From positions 682,001 to 746,000 of the forward strand of contig JAYWIR010000002.1 of the NCBI GenBank assembly GCA_036172245.1: a DNA stretch of 64,000 nt. Direction: 5' to 3'. Below are positions 14,201 to 27,241 of this stretch, one piece after another. A program made the position numbers and the translations under genes. Position 1 is the first letter of the stretch; each line of letters starts with the position of its first letter. The DNA is from Raillietiella orientalis (lineage: Eukaryota). Under the pieces are notes generated by a model that worked only from the letters and a program-made list of their open reading frames with translations, was not told the DNA's origin and did not search any database.

Positions 14201-16881
14201 AAAAAATGGTTTTCAGTGTTCAGGATAAATTAAAGATCCATTACATTCGCCACATTTAGTTTGATGATACATTGTATTTCAGTAAGTCATAAATTAATGT
14301 CATAGGGTACAAATATTGAAATTCTTTCGCGTATTCACTTTTTTTATTAGAAAAACTAAGTATTTTGTATTATGAAGATTTCTTTTACATAACCGTCTGA
14401 TAGTAATTCGTGTTTTTGGCTTTGGGGCAGATCAGTAATAATTGTGATACCGAAGATGTGACCATAAACAGCAAACTCATTGAGTATCCACAAGGCTCTG
14501 ATGCAGCATCTCAAGAAGTTTATCCTATATCTTTTGCTATATCTGAATTTCATGTTCTACTGGCTTACAGAAAGAAATTCCTGGGAATCTGCTCCTTGAA
14601 TCAACAAGAAATATTTAATGAAGACTTTAGTGAAGTAAGATTTATTATTGAAAATTCTTCTGCAGCATGAAATTTCAGCATAATGGTGAAATTATTGGTG
14701 TCACAAAAGATATGCTTACAGGCACTTTTTGGTTGTTTGGTGAAACTTTCGTGTATATGTACAAAATCAATAATGAAACAAGAGACATCTGGAAAATTTT
14801 CGCAGATCAGAATTGCTTTTCCTTGGCCAAGAAGTATTGTGGCAATAACTTCCAAGCATTAAATATTGTTTTATGCAAAGAAGCAGAATTTGAATTCAGT
14901 CACCAAAGGTAAGGGGCATTTATGTTATGCTTTTGTTATAGACAGTTGAAGGGGTATAATTTATGTTTGGTTTTGCCTTATTTGTGCTCAGATACTCCAA
15001 AAGTGCTGAGTTGTATGCTAAAACGGACTTGCTCTTTGAGGATATTTGTTTAAAGTTTCTTGCATTTGAAGACAGCCAGCCTTTACAGACATATCTTATT
15101 CAGGTATAAGTTTAATTTCTTGTGGGTTAAATACTTTTTACTTATAGAAACTACATTTGCTGGATAAGAAGGATAAAATCCAGCGAACTATAATAATCTT
15201 ATGGTTACTAGAGTTATATGTCAGTCAGATTTCGCATTCTGGCAAGATTGAGACCTGTAATGCACAAAGTTTAAAACAAGAACTGCACACATTTGTTTCT
15301 GATTCGAATGTTCTGGTAATGAGCATGATATATCATATTCAATGCTCATGTTGTTTTAGGAATGTATCAAGGAAAATAGGTCAGCTGCATATAATATTAT
15401 GTGTGGGTATTATGATCTTGAAGATGTAGCATTTTTGGCAACTCTTTTAAAAGATTATAGCTGGCTTATCCAACACCATTTGTTGCAGGGTGAAATGTGT
15501 GATGGTGAGAGAGTAATGGGATAACTGAGTCCTGTTGCAAAACGTATTACTTTTAGCTCTAGAGATTTTACGCATCCATCAGGACTTTCGGACATATGAG
15601 TTTCTTCCATATTTGTTGCATGCAATTCCTGTGCAGACAATTAATGTTCTTGTATCTCTTGGAAAAAAGCTACAGTACAAAAAAGTTATTCCAGCATTGT
15701 TGCAGATAACGAACCACGAATTTGATATTCATGTAAGTGAGGCATTGATGGCATATTGGTATTTCCTTATTCTAACCCAGGCACCCAAAGTTCTAGAATA
15801 CATCCAATTCTGCTTTGATTGCTTCAGCTCCAAGGACAATTTTTTGTTTGCTTGTCTATTTTACTTTTATGCCAAACTGCAGCCTGAAAAGTTAGTTTCT
15901 CTCTTTGCTAGTGACAAGTATACAAAATGTGATCTGCTGTTCCTCCTGCATCTCTGTCAAAAGCTGCATTTAGAAAAGATTTGTGTGCTTCTCTACTTCG
16001 AACTGGGATTGTATGAGGAGGCTGTTAACTTAGCCTTACAGTTTGATTTGGAATTAGTTAAGACTATAATCAACAGAGTAAAAGATAAACAAATAAACAA
16101 AAGTCTGTGGTTACAGTTTGGTGAGTTGATGATGGGTGCTAATGCACAGCAAATTTTGGTTTAGCCCAGCATATTATATATAAAGAGGAAAAACAAGAGA
16201 AGATAACTGATGTCTTAAAACAATGCCCTCACATTAAATTAGAAGACATATTACCATTTTTTCCAGATTTTGTAACCATTGATTGTTTCAAAGATACAAT
16301 TTGTCTTGCTATACAAGAATACAATCAACAGATTTTTGCTCTCAAAGAAGAAATGGAAGAAGCTACTCATTCTACTGAGCTCATTAAAAAGGATTTGGTT
16401 ATTCTGAAAAACAGGTTAGTCAGTTAGCTTGTTTAACTGAAAACATTCATTTTGTAAGATATATTGTTGTACGGACTGATGATAAATGTTCAGTATGTGC
16501 AGCTCTTTTGCTGACACAAGAGATATATGCATTTCCTTGTAATCACATGTTTCATGCAGACTGTTTATTAAAGGAGTTTGCCAAATATCCTAATGACCCT
16601 GTTTGTGCACATGTGATTACGTTACAGGTAAATAGGCATCCAATTATGTTGTTTACCAAGATTTTAGCAAGAGCTTTCGTGTAATAATTGTGATTCTTCG
16701 AAGATGCAGGAACTAGATGATGCTCTTTTAGCAAATTGCATTTTCTGTGGTGAACTTCCAATAAGGTAATAAGATTTTAAGTGTTTATCTGTATTTGCTC
16801 TGGGAAATGCATTTTAGATTACTTGATGAGCCTTTTCTTAAAATAGAAGAGTACAGCAAGATTAAAGCATCTTGGGAGTGA
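11245..16881 (+). CDS. VPS18: Vacuolar protein sorting-associated protein 18 (deep orange; HOPS/CORVET subunit); >=16 coding exons, first exon not identified
   Basis: Exons 11245-11428, 11480-11634, 11685-11861, 12103-12289, 12688-12809, 14431-14634, 14679-14908, 14992-15103, 15148-15315, 15360-15504, 15557-15732, 15781-16120, 16165-16414, 16459-16627, 16668-16765 and 16818-16881 join in frame (926 aa). Vps18 motifs: STGPILLGTSKG, ETRDIWK, IKLEDILPFFPDFVTIDCFKD, RING CSVC...FPCNHMFHADC...CIFCGE. A candidate ATG lies at 11162, via intron 11195-11244. Confidence 0.95.
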
Positions 16882-19800
16882 ATGATCAATATTTTTGCTT
16901 TTGCTTTCCAAGAAGTATGCACCAAAGATGCATTTTATAATAGCAGTGTTTTAAATGGAAAAGCTACGATGAAAATTTACGTATTAGGTGGAACGTTAGA
17001 AAGAGTATCAATTATGATAATTTTATAGTATTGCAGTCACTGCTGAAAATTAAAACCAATTTGGCATGTATGAAAATTCACTGAATTCAGTATCTTGAAA
17101 ATGTAATGTGTGAGTTTTGCTCCCAATTTTTTCTTAGATAAAAATTTTCGCAGAGAGCTAGAATTTGGTGCAAGAGCAGCCACATACACTATTTACAAGC
17201 ACTTTTTTTCATCCAGCCTTCAACCTTTCTGCAGTCTTAATTCACTTGGAAACAAAGAGACAGTTCCTTGTTGCTGAAAGTGCTCTTGTAGGAGTCATTG
17301 CCTAACAAACTCATGTTACCCCTAAGCTTTCATCCATCAAATGAAAAGATGCCAATGGCATTCTTGACTCCACTTAACAGATGGAAACCTGTTAGGATCA
17401 AATTAAAAATGTGCATGGTAGATAGGGCAATTAAGTCCAATGGGAGTTTTTTGACAACTTACCTTAAAAAACTGGTACAAGTGTTTAGTTTTGCATTAGT
17501 GTGCACAACCTCTTGCATTTTTCCTCTTGAGGAGTTTCACTCCACATTTCCATGTGGCCTTGGAAAAGTAGTGATGTACGTCTCCAAATTTATGGCAACT
17601 ATCTTTGTAGTGTGGACCCATATCAAGCCATGTATGCCCTAGGAGATGGTTGCCATTACTTTTTCAGCTCAGAGAGCCCTTTTGAACTTGTTGAACTGCA
17701 AAAGTGATGTGCTGTTATTCCAGGGCAATGTTTCCATGCAAATTTTTAAAGGTTTCACTATTGCCCATTAGAAGATCAAATGACAGCACATGATCATCAC
17801 TTCATTTTAAACTGAATCATCCATGCCATCTAGTCAAACTTCTTGAATGCACAGCAATTCCGTGTTTTTTATGATTTTTAACCAAGATGGAAAAAAAAAG
17901 CAAGGATACACGAGACAATTATTGGATGACCCAAGTAGATAATAATATACAAAGGTTGCTTAAAGATTTCAACAGCATGAAGGAAATGCATAAGATTTCT
18001 TCCTTGCAAAATTCTGTGATCATTGCCAAATCAAGAAAACAGAGATTAAACGTGATATTGAAAGAATTTTATATTTACAAGTTAAGATTTCTATGAAAAT
18101 GTCAACATTTAGATAGATCTGTGAGGAAAGTTAAAATTCGCCTTCAGTACAAATTAATGAATATGGGAACTCCCCGTACATTTACAGAAATAAATTGGAA
18201 TGGATGCATGCTTTGTGGGTATATGAACCAATGACCTACATGTGCTAAAAAAAATTGCGTAACTAAAAAATATTAGGGGCTGTTTTCTTTAAATACTCTC
18301 TTGTCTGGTATTTTTGCACCCTCCTGTTCATGTTCTTTCATGCTACTCTTCATGAAGTTCCTTTAAGGAATTAAATAATTAAACAATCTAAAAGAATAAT
18401 TGAGAGAAGCTGATACAGAATTTTTAGAAGCATCTACGCAAATTTACGTAAGATTTATTACAGATCGTTTAAAATTTTCAAATCTATTTTTAATAACTAG
18501 AAAAATTTCAACTTGAAATATGCATAAAATTTCTTAGGTTTCTGAATGTATGTAACTGCTTAAACAAATGCATTCAAAGCTCATTGGGAATATATAAACA
18601 GTTTCAAGCATCAATCTTGGTGAGTGAAACAAGAATTTTAAATGCTATGTCTTGGCCATTACAGCTGATATCAGTGGCTCACATTGCAGTCAGTAAGCCT
18701 TAATAAAATCTCTGGCAGTGACTGCTAGCAAAAATAGTTTAAGTCAAGAGACTTTTTGAGGCTCGTACTGAAGTGGGCTGCTGAGCTTACAAATGTCTTA
18801 CATTGAGAATCGATACAAGACTTCAATGAAGTAAAATCTTTAGTCAAGCCGAGTGCATAATACTGTCTTCATCTTTATGTTTTGAAATTGTGCGTGCTTT
18901 GAGACCAGAAAAAGAACTTTATAAGTTTTTCAGGATTAGTGATTAATACTTTGTCCCGCGTCGAAAGGTAAAATACATTGGTTTCATTCACAACTAAAGA
19001 TGGCATTCTTTCTTATGATTAAAACTCGAGCTTTTTTCGAGTCATTGTATCGAGTTTGCATGCTACACGATTCATCAGTATTTGGGGGGAGGGGGGGGGG
19101 GAACGCGTCTATTGTAAATGTATACTAAATATTTAACGATCCGAACTTGTTTGTACAATGAGAACTTATAAAAGTACAAGTTTTTACGAACCAATCGTTT
19201 TCTCATTTCAGTTAATACTTTAGAAACGCCTCGAAAGGGTCATCTAGCAACTTTTGTCATTAATCACGTTTTTAAAACTTTGATAAGTTCCTCGGTCCAT
19301 CATTTTTCAATCATAGATGTTTATAATTTTCGAATTAATCGGGAGAACTTTTCATTCTTCCTAGGACTGTGAATTTTACAAAGGCTCACTAAAAATTATT
19401 TATTAAAATGGAAATTTTAAAAGAATTCAAAGGATCTTAAGCCACTTTATGAATAGCAGGAACTAGGAAACACCTCAGTTTTAGATCACTACAAAAAAAA
19501 GGGTGAATAGAAAAGCATTGAAGTTTCGATGAATGACTGTTCATTCCAGTCTGTTATGAAATCACAGTATTTATTAGATTTTTGATGTATAATACATGAT
19601 CAGATGTGATCATTTTCTGTCCTTAATTATCAGCCTCAGGACGAGACTTGTACTCGATTTTTAACTCCATATGTATACTTTCTCACAAGCACTCATTATT
19701 CAAACTTTTCAAACGTCGATTTTCCTAAAATGATCTATCATAGGAGAATGCGCGGTTAAATTTCAAGGTGGTATTCATTGCAACGATAAATGGGGAAACG

Positions 19801-20842
19801 AATGTAAAGAAAAAAATGATTGCATCATCTGAACAAATTATTATTATTATTTTTTGATGACATTCTATCAATAATGGCTTCGAAATAGACAGAATTTAAT
19901 TTCACCACGCGAATAGTTTTTCAACACCCGTGAAATGTAGCTATGAAAAGTCACCGTGTTATGAAAAGATAAAAATACAGAAATGCAAATCCAGACAATC
20001 CGGAAAAACACCCACGTTAAATTGACCTAATATGTTGGGTTTCGATTTCGTAGTAACCCATTACCATCATTTCTTTCTGTGAATGCCTTCTTACCGATTT
20101 GTAGGTGCACTTGGCATGCGATTTCGAAATGTGAAAGCGAATCGGAACCCTCCGTTAGGAAAACACAAATGTGTGCTCTGACGTGCTCCCTCCAAATGTA
20201 ACGCATGAAGAATGCACGTACATATTTAGCTTAGTGGAGTCCTGGTAAACTTCCTTGGTAAGTTATTATGCATATTATTTATTCGGGTCACAATAAGCAC
20301 TTTGAAAGTGTGTTGCCTCCCCAGATTTGCCTGTGCGTAATTGCAATTTTCAGAGCGAGTTTCAGTTGGTACATAAGGAAAATTGGCAGTGGCAATTCAT
20401 AAGATTGAAATAAAAATGGGTTTACAAGAACCCACACATTGCCAAGTAACTCATTTAATTTGTAATCGAGGAGGCTCCAAGAAAACGTCTAATGTGCACC
20501 GTTAATATCTTACACTGATGTAAACCGAATGGGTTAACCATAAATAAAAAAAATAATTTCTGGTGGTCAACTCACATAAACAGTGTTCAAAACATGGCCC
20601 CCCTTTTTTTTTTCTCTTTTATTTAATCAAGTAACTATGAATCGAAAATTTCAAGCCATAATCAATTTCAAAAATGTTGGAGTTTTAATCGTTGTTATAC
20701 TTTATAATTTCCTGTCAGTTGTTTCTTTAGACCATATTCCAATTTTGTATTATAAATGTTATGCGTGCAGTCGGTGATTTTTTTTTTAAAAGTTATTCTC
20801 CTTTGTCATTTTAATGATGACAGTGATGTGTGTTTCACAGAT

Positions 20843-23126
20843 ATGGATTTACTTGCTGGATATGAAGGTAGTGATTCACCAACTGATTCAGATGAAGGTC
20901 AATTAACAGCAGAGCAACAAAAAGCGAATGCATCCCATTCAGCTTTTGAATCCGGAAATAGTCAGTCAACTGTAACTTCACTGAAGTCCAGTAATCAAGA
21001 AGCAGTTTGTGCATCCAAGAACAAGAAAAAATTCGATAATGTTGCAAACCAAAAAGTAAGATACAAGTGAAACTTATTATGAATGATTTTGAAATGTATT
21101 GGTAAATTATGTATACATTTTGTAATATTTGACAGTCAGTAAAAAGTACTGTTCAAATGGAATGTTATATATTGCAGGACAGTATATGCATTGATACTGA
21201 AACTTTTGAGAAGAAGTTATGTGATAAAAATAATGATATGCTGGAAGCAGCAGCACTATTAAAGGTTAGTTTTATGAAGTAATGTATTGTGTTGGAGCTA
21301 TAAATTATTGATGTTTTATTCATTAAATTTGTATATGAAACATGTTTCATAATTTGAAATTGTGGGTCTTAAAATGGGTTGGAACGGGAAAAATATAACG
21401 TATCTCCCGGATCCCAATTAAACACATAATAACATTTTATTTAACTATGATAAGTGTTCGGCCCAGTGCTGAAGATACCTGCAGTTTGCAACCCAATAGA
21501 AAATTCCAATGGAGGGTAAGTAAGATATTTCAGGTAATGTTGTGAAAGGCCGGGGTCATTCCAATATCTCCTTAACAGAATATCTTTAAGACATTCCCTC
21601 TTTCATGTATGTTTGTAGGGAACCTGGGGAACATTCATAATTGTAGTTACAACTGATACCTTTGCAGGGAAGTGACAGCTATCAAAGGGAAAGAGCAGAA
21701 ATATGTTGCAGAGCATCCACATTGGATGAGAAAGAACATAGGTAAGAAAAAATTTGCCTGTTTCCTGTAACAGTTTTTTGCAGAAGTGTACTGGAGTCAA
21801 AAAATGCTAACAAAAATAAAGGCTGGTAAGTACTAATCATGGAGGCTGTTTTTAATTTTTAGTAGTGTCCATGGTCTTGATAAGGGTAAACAACAGCAAG
21901 TATTAGGAGAAAGTGGTCATTCTTTATTGGAATGGCCTATTCAGCAAAAGGGCTCCATTCCTCAGATATCTGATTCAAGCTCTGAGCCTTCTGAGAAAGA
22001 ATTTAATGCTTCCAAAGAAGGAAAGCAACCAAGGTCTGCATTACATTTTTCTTACAGAAACACATTTTCTGTCTAGATCGTCAAATCGCAGAAAACATGC
22101 AATATATAGATCCCACAAACATGAAAGTCACTCTGCCTCAAAATCACCAAAAAGAAAGAAAAGATCCCGATCTAAATCACCTGTGAGAAGAGAATCAACT
22201 TCCATCGGAAGGAGGTGGTCGAGATCTCGTTCTCCTGCTTGGAGACAATATGCCCCATCGAAATCCCCCATTAGAAGGAAACGTTCAGCTTCAAAATCTC
22301 CCAACAGAAGAAAGAGATCAACCTCAAAGTCCCCTAGCTGGAGAAGACACAGGATTTCTCCATCCCCAGTTAGAAGACGAAGTCCTAGATCATTTTCATC
22401 AGTTCCTCGAAAGTCTTCTCGTTCACCACATGCAAAAAGAAATCGATCTCCTGTTGCGCATCTTCGAGTTTCCAGGGATGCAAAGAGTACAGAATCTAAA
22501 CACTCAGATCGAAGTTCAAGACCTTTGGATAAGCAACCCTCTTGTAGGCAGAGGAGGTCGCGATCTTCAGAAAGGCAACATGGGAGCCAGTCCTGGAGTG
22601 AAAAACATGCCAGTTGTGAGTATTTGGCATTAAAAAAAAAATTGTGCATATTGAAGTTGTCAGCCAAAGCAGCTTCTTCCAACCAGCCAGAAAAGGTTCC
22701 TGCTGCACTTCCACACTCTCCTCATTATGCCACTCCATTCACCATCCAATTGCCTCGGCAAGCTATTGAACAAACTAAAAAGAAAAAATTACTGTGGAGC
22801 AACAAAGTATGCATGCCACATTAATACAAAATACAAACCCATGCATTTTGCAGAGCACCAAAGAAGGAGATGCAGCAACAAGCTTCAATCACTGGGAACA
22901 AATAGCATTTTCCCAAGATGCAGATGGTAAAATGGCAGCAAAATTCAAGAAACTTATGGGAGTGAAAGAAGTTAAACCTGCCTTGACTGATCACTCACAA
23001 ATGGCACGTCAAGCAGAACTTTTTTCTCACCTGGATCAGCAATATGAGATGGCACGTATCTCTACACACACCCAACGAGGCATGGGATTGGGCTTTTCTT
23101 CCCAACCATTGCTACCTAAACCATGA
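20843..23126 (+). CDS. RSRC2: Arginine/serine-rich coiled-coil protein 2-like (C-terminal SMAP domain), ~9 coding exons
   Basis: Exons 20843-21055, 21178-21264, 21668-21741, 21784-21825, 21866-21899, 21945-22033, 22077-22615, 22664-22806 and 22854-23126 join in frame (~497 aa). RS-rich middle. C-terminus KKLLWS...KFKKLMGVK...LDQQYEMARISTHTQRGMGLGF is the RSRC2 signature. The small N-terminal exons are less certain. Confidence 0.88.
22136..22390 (+). repeat. Coding tandem repeat (~33 nt / 11 aa) forming the RS domain of RSRC2
   Basis: SKSPKRKKRSR-SKSPVRR...SKSPIRRKRSA-SKSPNRRKRST-SKSPSWRRHRI. Confidence 0.8.
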
Positions 23127-26100
23127 ATCCTTGTAAATTTTCTTACTGACCCTACAAAAGAACATCCACAGAAGAAAAGTAACGAGTACACTTTGAAGTG
23201 TAATTAAACAGTGTGACCACTGTTGGATAATTAAATATTGGAATATTAGAAAAGTTTATTGTTTGCATATTTTGGTGTTATGTAAAATACGGATTTTCAG
23301 CCCCACCCTGATTTTTTTTTTTTTTTTTTCAATACTTGACTGCTGTTTCTTCAGAGCATTCTCTGCATTTTTGCAGTTCTAATGTAAACAGTTTTCTGTT
23401 AAAACTGCCGTATTTTATATGAATATTTACATAGTGGGTGTGATGTCAGCATGTAAGAACACTAATTTGGAAAGTTAGCACAGACTCCGAAGCACATTAA
23501 GTTAAAACATCCATTAGTGAAAATCCAAGCGTAAAAATGTGCAAAAGAGTGCTAATCTTCAAAAGAGACTCACACAATCATATTTTAGAACAAAACTACA
23601 AATACTTATCGGTACTTTTCATTTTTTTAAAGCAATACAATGAGCTGATTAGTGGGAACGCCCTCGAGTCGACGATTGTGTCAGTCCTCGGACTACGGGT
23701 TCAAAGAATTCATTTAAATTCTCCACTTGGGTGAAAATGTGAAAGAAATTGTATTTGAAACTAATTTCCTCATTTTACAAATAGTTTTGAATCTTATTGC
23801 ACTGTGTATTTTACGTGTCTGTTGTATGTTAATGCATCCGTTATTCAAACAAATCATTTTGTTGTTTCCAGCGATTAAAAAAAAAAAAAACCTATGTGCA
23901 GTTTTGCGGAATTTTGATAATAAAAGGGAATAAAGCAGTTTTTTCTGCCATTGTAATGATCTGATCAAAATGAGCTTTTGAGGGCGCTATTGCGTATAGA
24001 AAGTGGTGTGCCACGTGGTTTTTAGGTTGCAAAGACAGCGCTCTCAAAATGCTCAATGCTTCCAATGTTCGAATTTACCACACTAACTGTTTGTCTTTCT
24101 GATTCCTGGATGTGTTTATACTAAGATTTTTAACAAAGTGTGGTCCCCCCCCCCCCCAAACACAGCCCTGCTTCATGTAAGGAGCACCTTGGGGAATTGC
24201 GAGGATTTACTACAGTGTTGAGAACTGCCTTTGATCTACTTACAATGGCCGACAGCTCAAAGTCTATTCTGTAGCTGAATTTTACATGCGCTAATCTAAA
24301 ATCCAAAACATTTTACCAAATGCCTAAGATCCTCAGCTTCTTTCGCTGAAGAAAACGCATTTTCGATTAGCTCAGTGGTTCTTTTCGATCTGTTTCTTCC
24401 GGAACGAGCAATCGGCAGTTAACATCGACATTCCATGCAGAATTGGGCCCTTCTACGAGCTCAATTTTAAGAAATTTGGTCATAATGGTCGGATTCAATG
24501 TCCTCATTCATTTTTCCTTCTTTTGATGCTACTTCGAATGTTTATCAGCAACACGAGAAATAAGGGAATAGTTTGTGAAACTCCCGCTTATCTAGCCAGA
24601 ACATGAAGACATCGAGAGGAATTTGAAAGTAAAAAATTCGTCTTTTAAATGAGGATCAGAATCATCTATTCACGAAAGATGACAATACTAACAGTTTGCT
24701 GAATTCAATCAAAGCCAACAAACAATAAATTCGTCAATTCATTCAAACAACTCTTACATGAAATAAAAAAGTGTCATTTAAGAGAAACGATCGTCACAGT
24801 TCACTTGAGTGGTATAAACTGTAAAACATTTAAGCCCTTGATTATGATACTTATAAGTATCCTAAAGAAACTTCGATTGTAATTTGCAAAGTATTGGACC
24901 TGTTGGAAACATTTGAGTCTGAAATACTTCAGAAGTTTTTGTAGAAATGAAATATCGCAGGTAGGAGGAAAATTAAGAAACTGTAAACTACAAAAGTTAC
25001 TTTTCTTCAACATAAATGCACTTAGCATTCACATTATCTATGTCAAAGAAACAGGTAAAAATTTTTGATAAACATCGCAAACGAATAAGTACAAAACAAG
25101 AATTTCAATTTGGAGTAGCTATTAAGTGACAAATCATGAAGTTAATAATCACGGAAAACTAATATTGTCTTGGTATGATCTATATCAAATGGAACTATGA
25201 ACTAAATCGGTTAGGAAAAAAAAAAAAAAATTGTTGTAGATGCATATTCAGGAAGAAAATTGGAGTAATAAAACATGAAATGTTTTTCAACATTCCTTTT
25301 CAATAGAAGAGGTCGTTTCAAAACTACTCAAGTTTTATCCAATTTTAGAAAAAGGTATGATTCCTCGAAATCGTAACCTTTAAACCTTGAGTGCCCAAGA
25401 AAATACAGTATTCTACTTTTCTAAAAATAACAAACCAATGCACTGAGGAAAGATAGGTACAATTGTTTGCCATTGCTGCCACAAACTGTAAAACATTTAT
25501 CGTCCGAAATACTTTGTTGCTAGAAGATTGTAAGTTGCTCCACCTTTGTTTTTTGTTTTTTCTAGAAGACTGTTTTGGAGCATGAAAATTTCTGTGAAAA
25601 TTCTCATTTCCTTCTTTAAAAGTAGACACCAAGACTCAAAAATCTCGCTTTATCGTGTCATACATTGTCTTGTCCGATAAAAGATTTTTTGTTTATCTTT
25701 AATTTATTTTATTTTTACAAAGTTCAAACATGGATGTTCTTCATTTCTTAGTTTTTCAGTTCTTCATTGATTTTAATCATTTGATTATTCACGAAAACAT
25801 ATTCTTTGAAATGTTCCTCACATCATGTTCTGATAAAAGCTCTCTTTCTGAGAACGTTTTTGGAGGAAAAATGTTGTAAAGAGCTATTTTTATGTACAAA
25901 TGTTTTCTCAGTTCAGGTGTTTATTTTTTTTGTTCAGTGGCGCTTCGTGAATTTTCCTAATGTAAGTTTCGTGTTTCTTTTTTTCACTCCTTCAAATGTG
26001 AGCAATATTTTGCATTTAATAACGATTTCTGACATTTTTTGGACATGTTAAAAACTAATGTGCTTTCTATAAGTATCAGATCTCGGTGAATAAGTTTTCT

Positions 26101-26781
26101 TTTCCATGATTTTGGTGTGTGGTGGTTACTGAAAACAACTTCATTATCACATAAAAATACGGAAACGAATCGATCGAATCGATGATGACTTCCGATTGCT
26201 ATCCTACTGTTCATTGGTGACATAATGGGCTGCACAGAAGATTCTCTCTCTTCTGAACGATCGTCGTGAATTCGCTTCGCTACCTTTTTACTTTTTTCTC
26301 TCGTGTCCTCTTTGCCGAAAACTATTCATCATGAAAACCATTCATAATTGTAAAATACTTCGATAAATGCCATTAGCATACACTGTTGCTCTTCCGCATT
26401 CGAACTAAGCAAATACTCATATCGTTACCAATAGGTATTACCAACAGGGCATTTTGGAGGGCAGGAAACTTTGCGTCCGGAAATGTTAATGATACACGAG
26501 CAGCCAAATATAAGAGTTTTTGTTGATCACTTTGTGAGTATGGTGTAAGCTCTGTGGTTGCGGCTGACGGCTGGGTGTGTGTGTGTGGGTCTTTTGCAGC
26601 GTAAGGTTTCGGTAGAAGGTCAAAGTACAGCTGGGGCGACTAGCTATTTTAATACGTATTAGTAGCTCAGATACGTTTGGGGGAATTTGCAGATGTTCGT
26701 TTTAAGATGAGACCGATTTCTTCAAGTGTACGTTTGTAATAAGCATAACGGGATTTCTTGTATTTTAGTAACAGATTAAAC

Positions 26782-27221
26782 ATGCCGGTCCTTCAAGTTT
26801 TTACGAATGTAACTGAAGAAAAGGTTACTCATACTCTTCTCAAAGAGGCAACAGCAGTCTTAGCAGAAACTTTAGGCAAACCAGCACAAGTATGTCAATT
26901 CAGTGTAATTCAATTTATCATGGAAAGCTGTGTTTGTAGTACTGCGCCGTACACATTGTAGGTGACCAGAAGATGGCATTTGGAGGCACAACGGAACCCT
27001 GTGCACAAGTTGTTGTTAAAAGCATTGGTTGTTTGGGACCCGATGTGAACAACAAACATTCAGCAACTATTGCTGCGTTTTTTGAAGAGCACTTGGGCGT
27101 ATCGAAACACAGGTAACCGGAAATACTTAAACAGTGTTTTACAAAACAAATTAATAGGATGTACATTCACTTTGTTGACATTGAGGGCTGCAACATAGGG
27201 TTTGGAGGAAAGACCTTCTAA
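26782..27221 (+). CDS. MIF: Macrophage migration inhibitory factor (tautomerase), 3 coding exons, 114 aa
   Basis: Exons 26782-26889, 26940-27112 and 27158-27221 give MPVLQVFTNV...[28 protein letters not shown]...SIGCLGPDVNNKHS...LGVSKHRMYIHFVD...NIGFGGKTF. The catalytic N-terminal Pro and the GKP Lys are conserved. Confidence 0.96.
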
Positions 27222-27235
27222 TCACACATTGCTAA

Positions 27236-27241
27236 AATAAA
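27236..27241 (+). promoter_or_regulatory. Candidate polyadenylation signal of MIF
   Basis: AATAAA about 15 nt after the stop codon. Confidence 0.5.

Noticed and set aside
17150..17850. Possible LTR integrase or transposase relic after Vps18
   Set aside because: There is only a faint resemblance (LEEFHS...VVW), too weak to call.
22128..22682. Antisense 184-aa D/L/R-rich ORF
   Set aside because: It is the typical shadow ORF of an RS-repeat coding strand.
23650..23730. ncRNA or B-box-like GGTTCAAA segment
   Set aside because: It has no A box, cloverleaf or recognisable snRNA/SRP/RNase P motif.
24300..26250. Minus-strand ORFs sharing NVLQF and an hAT-like C-terminal phrase (IELVEGP)
   Set aside because: I found no consistent exon chain or catalytic motifs; a profile search is needed.
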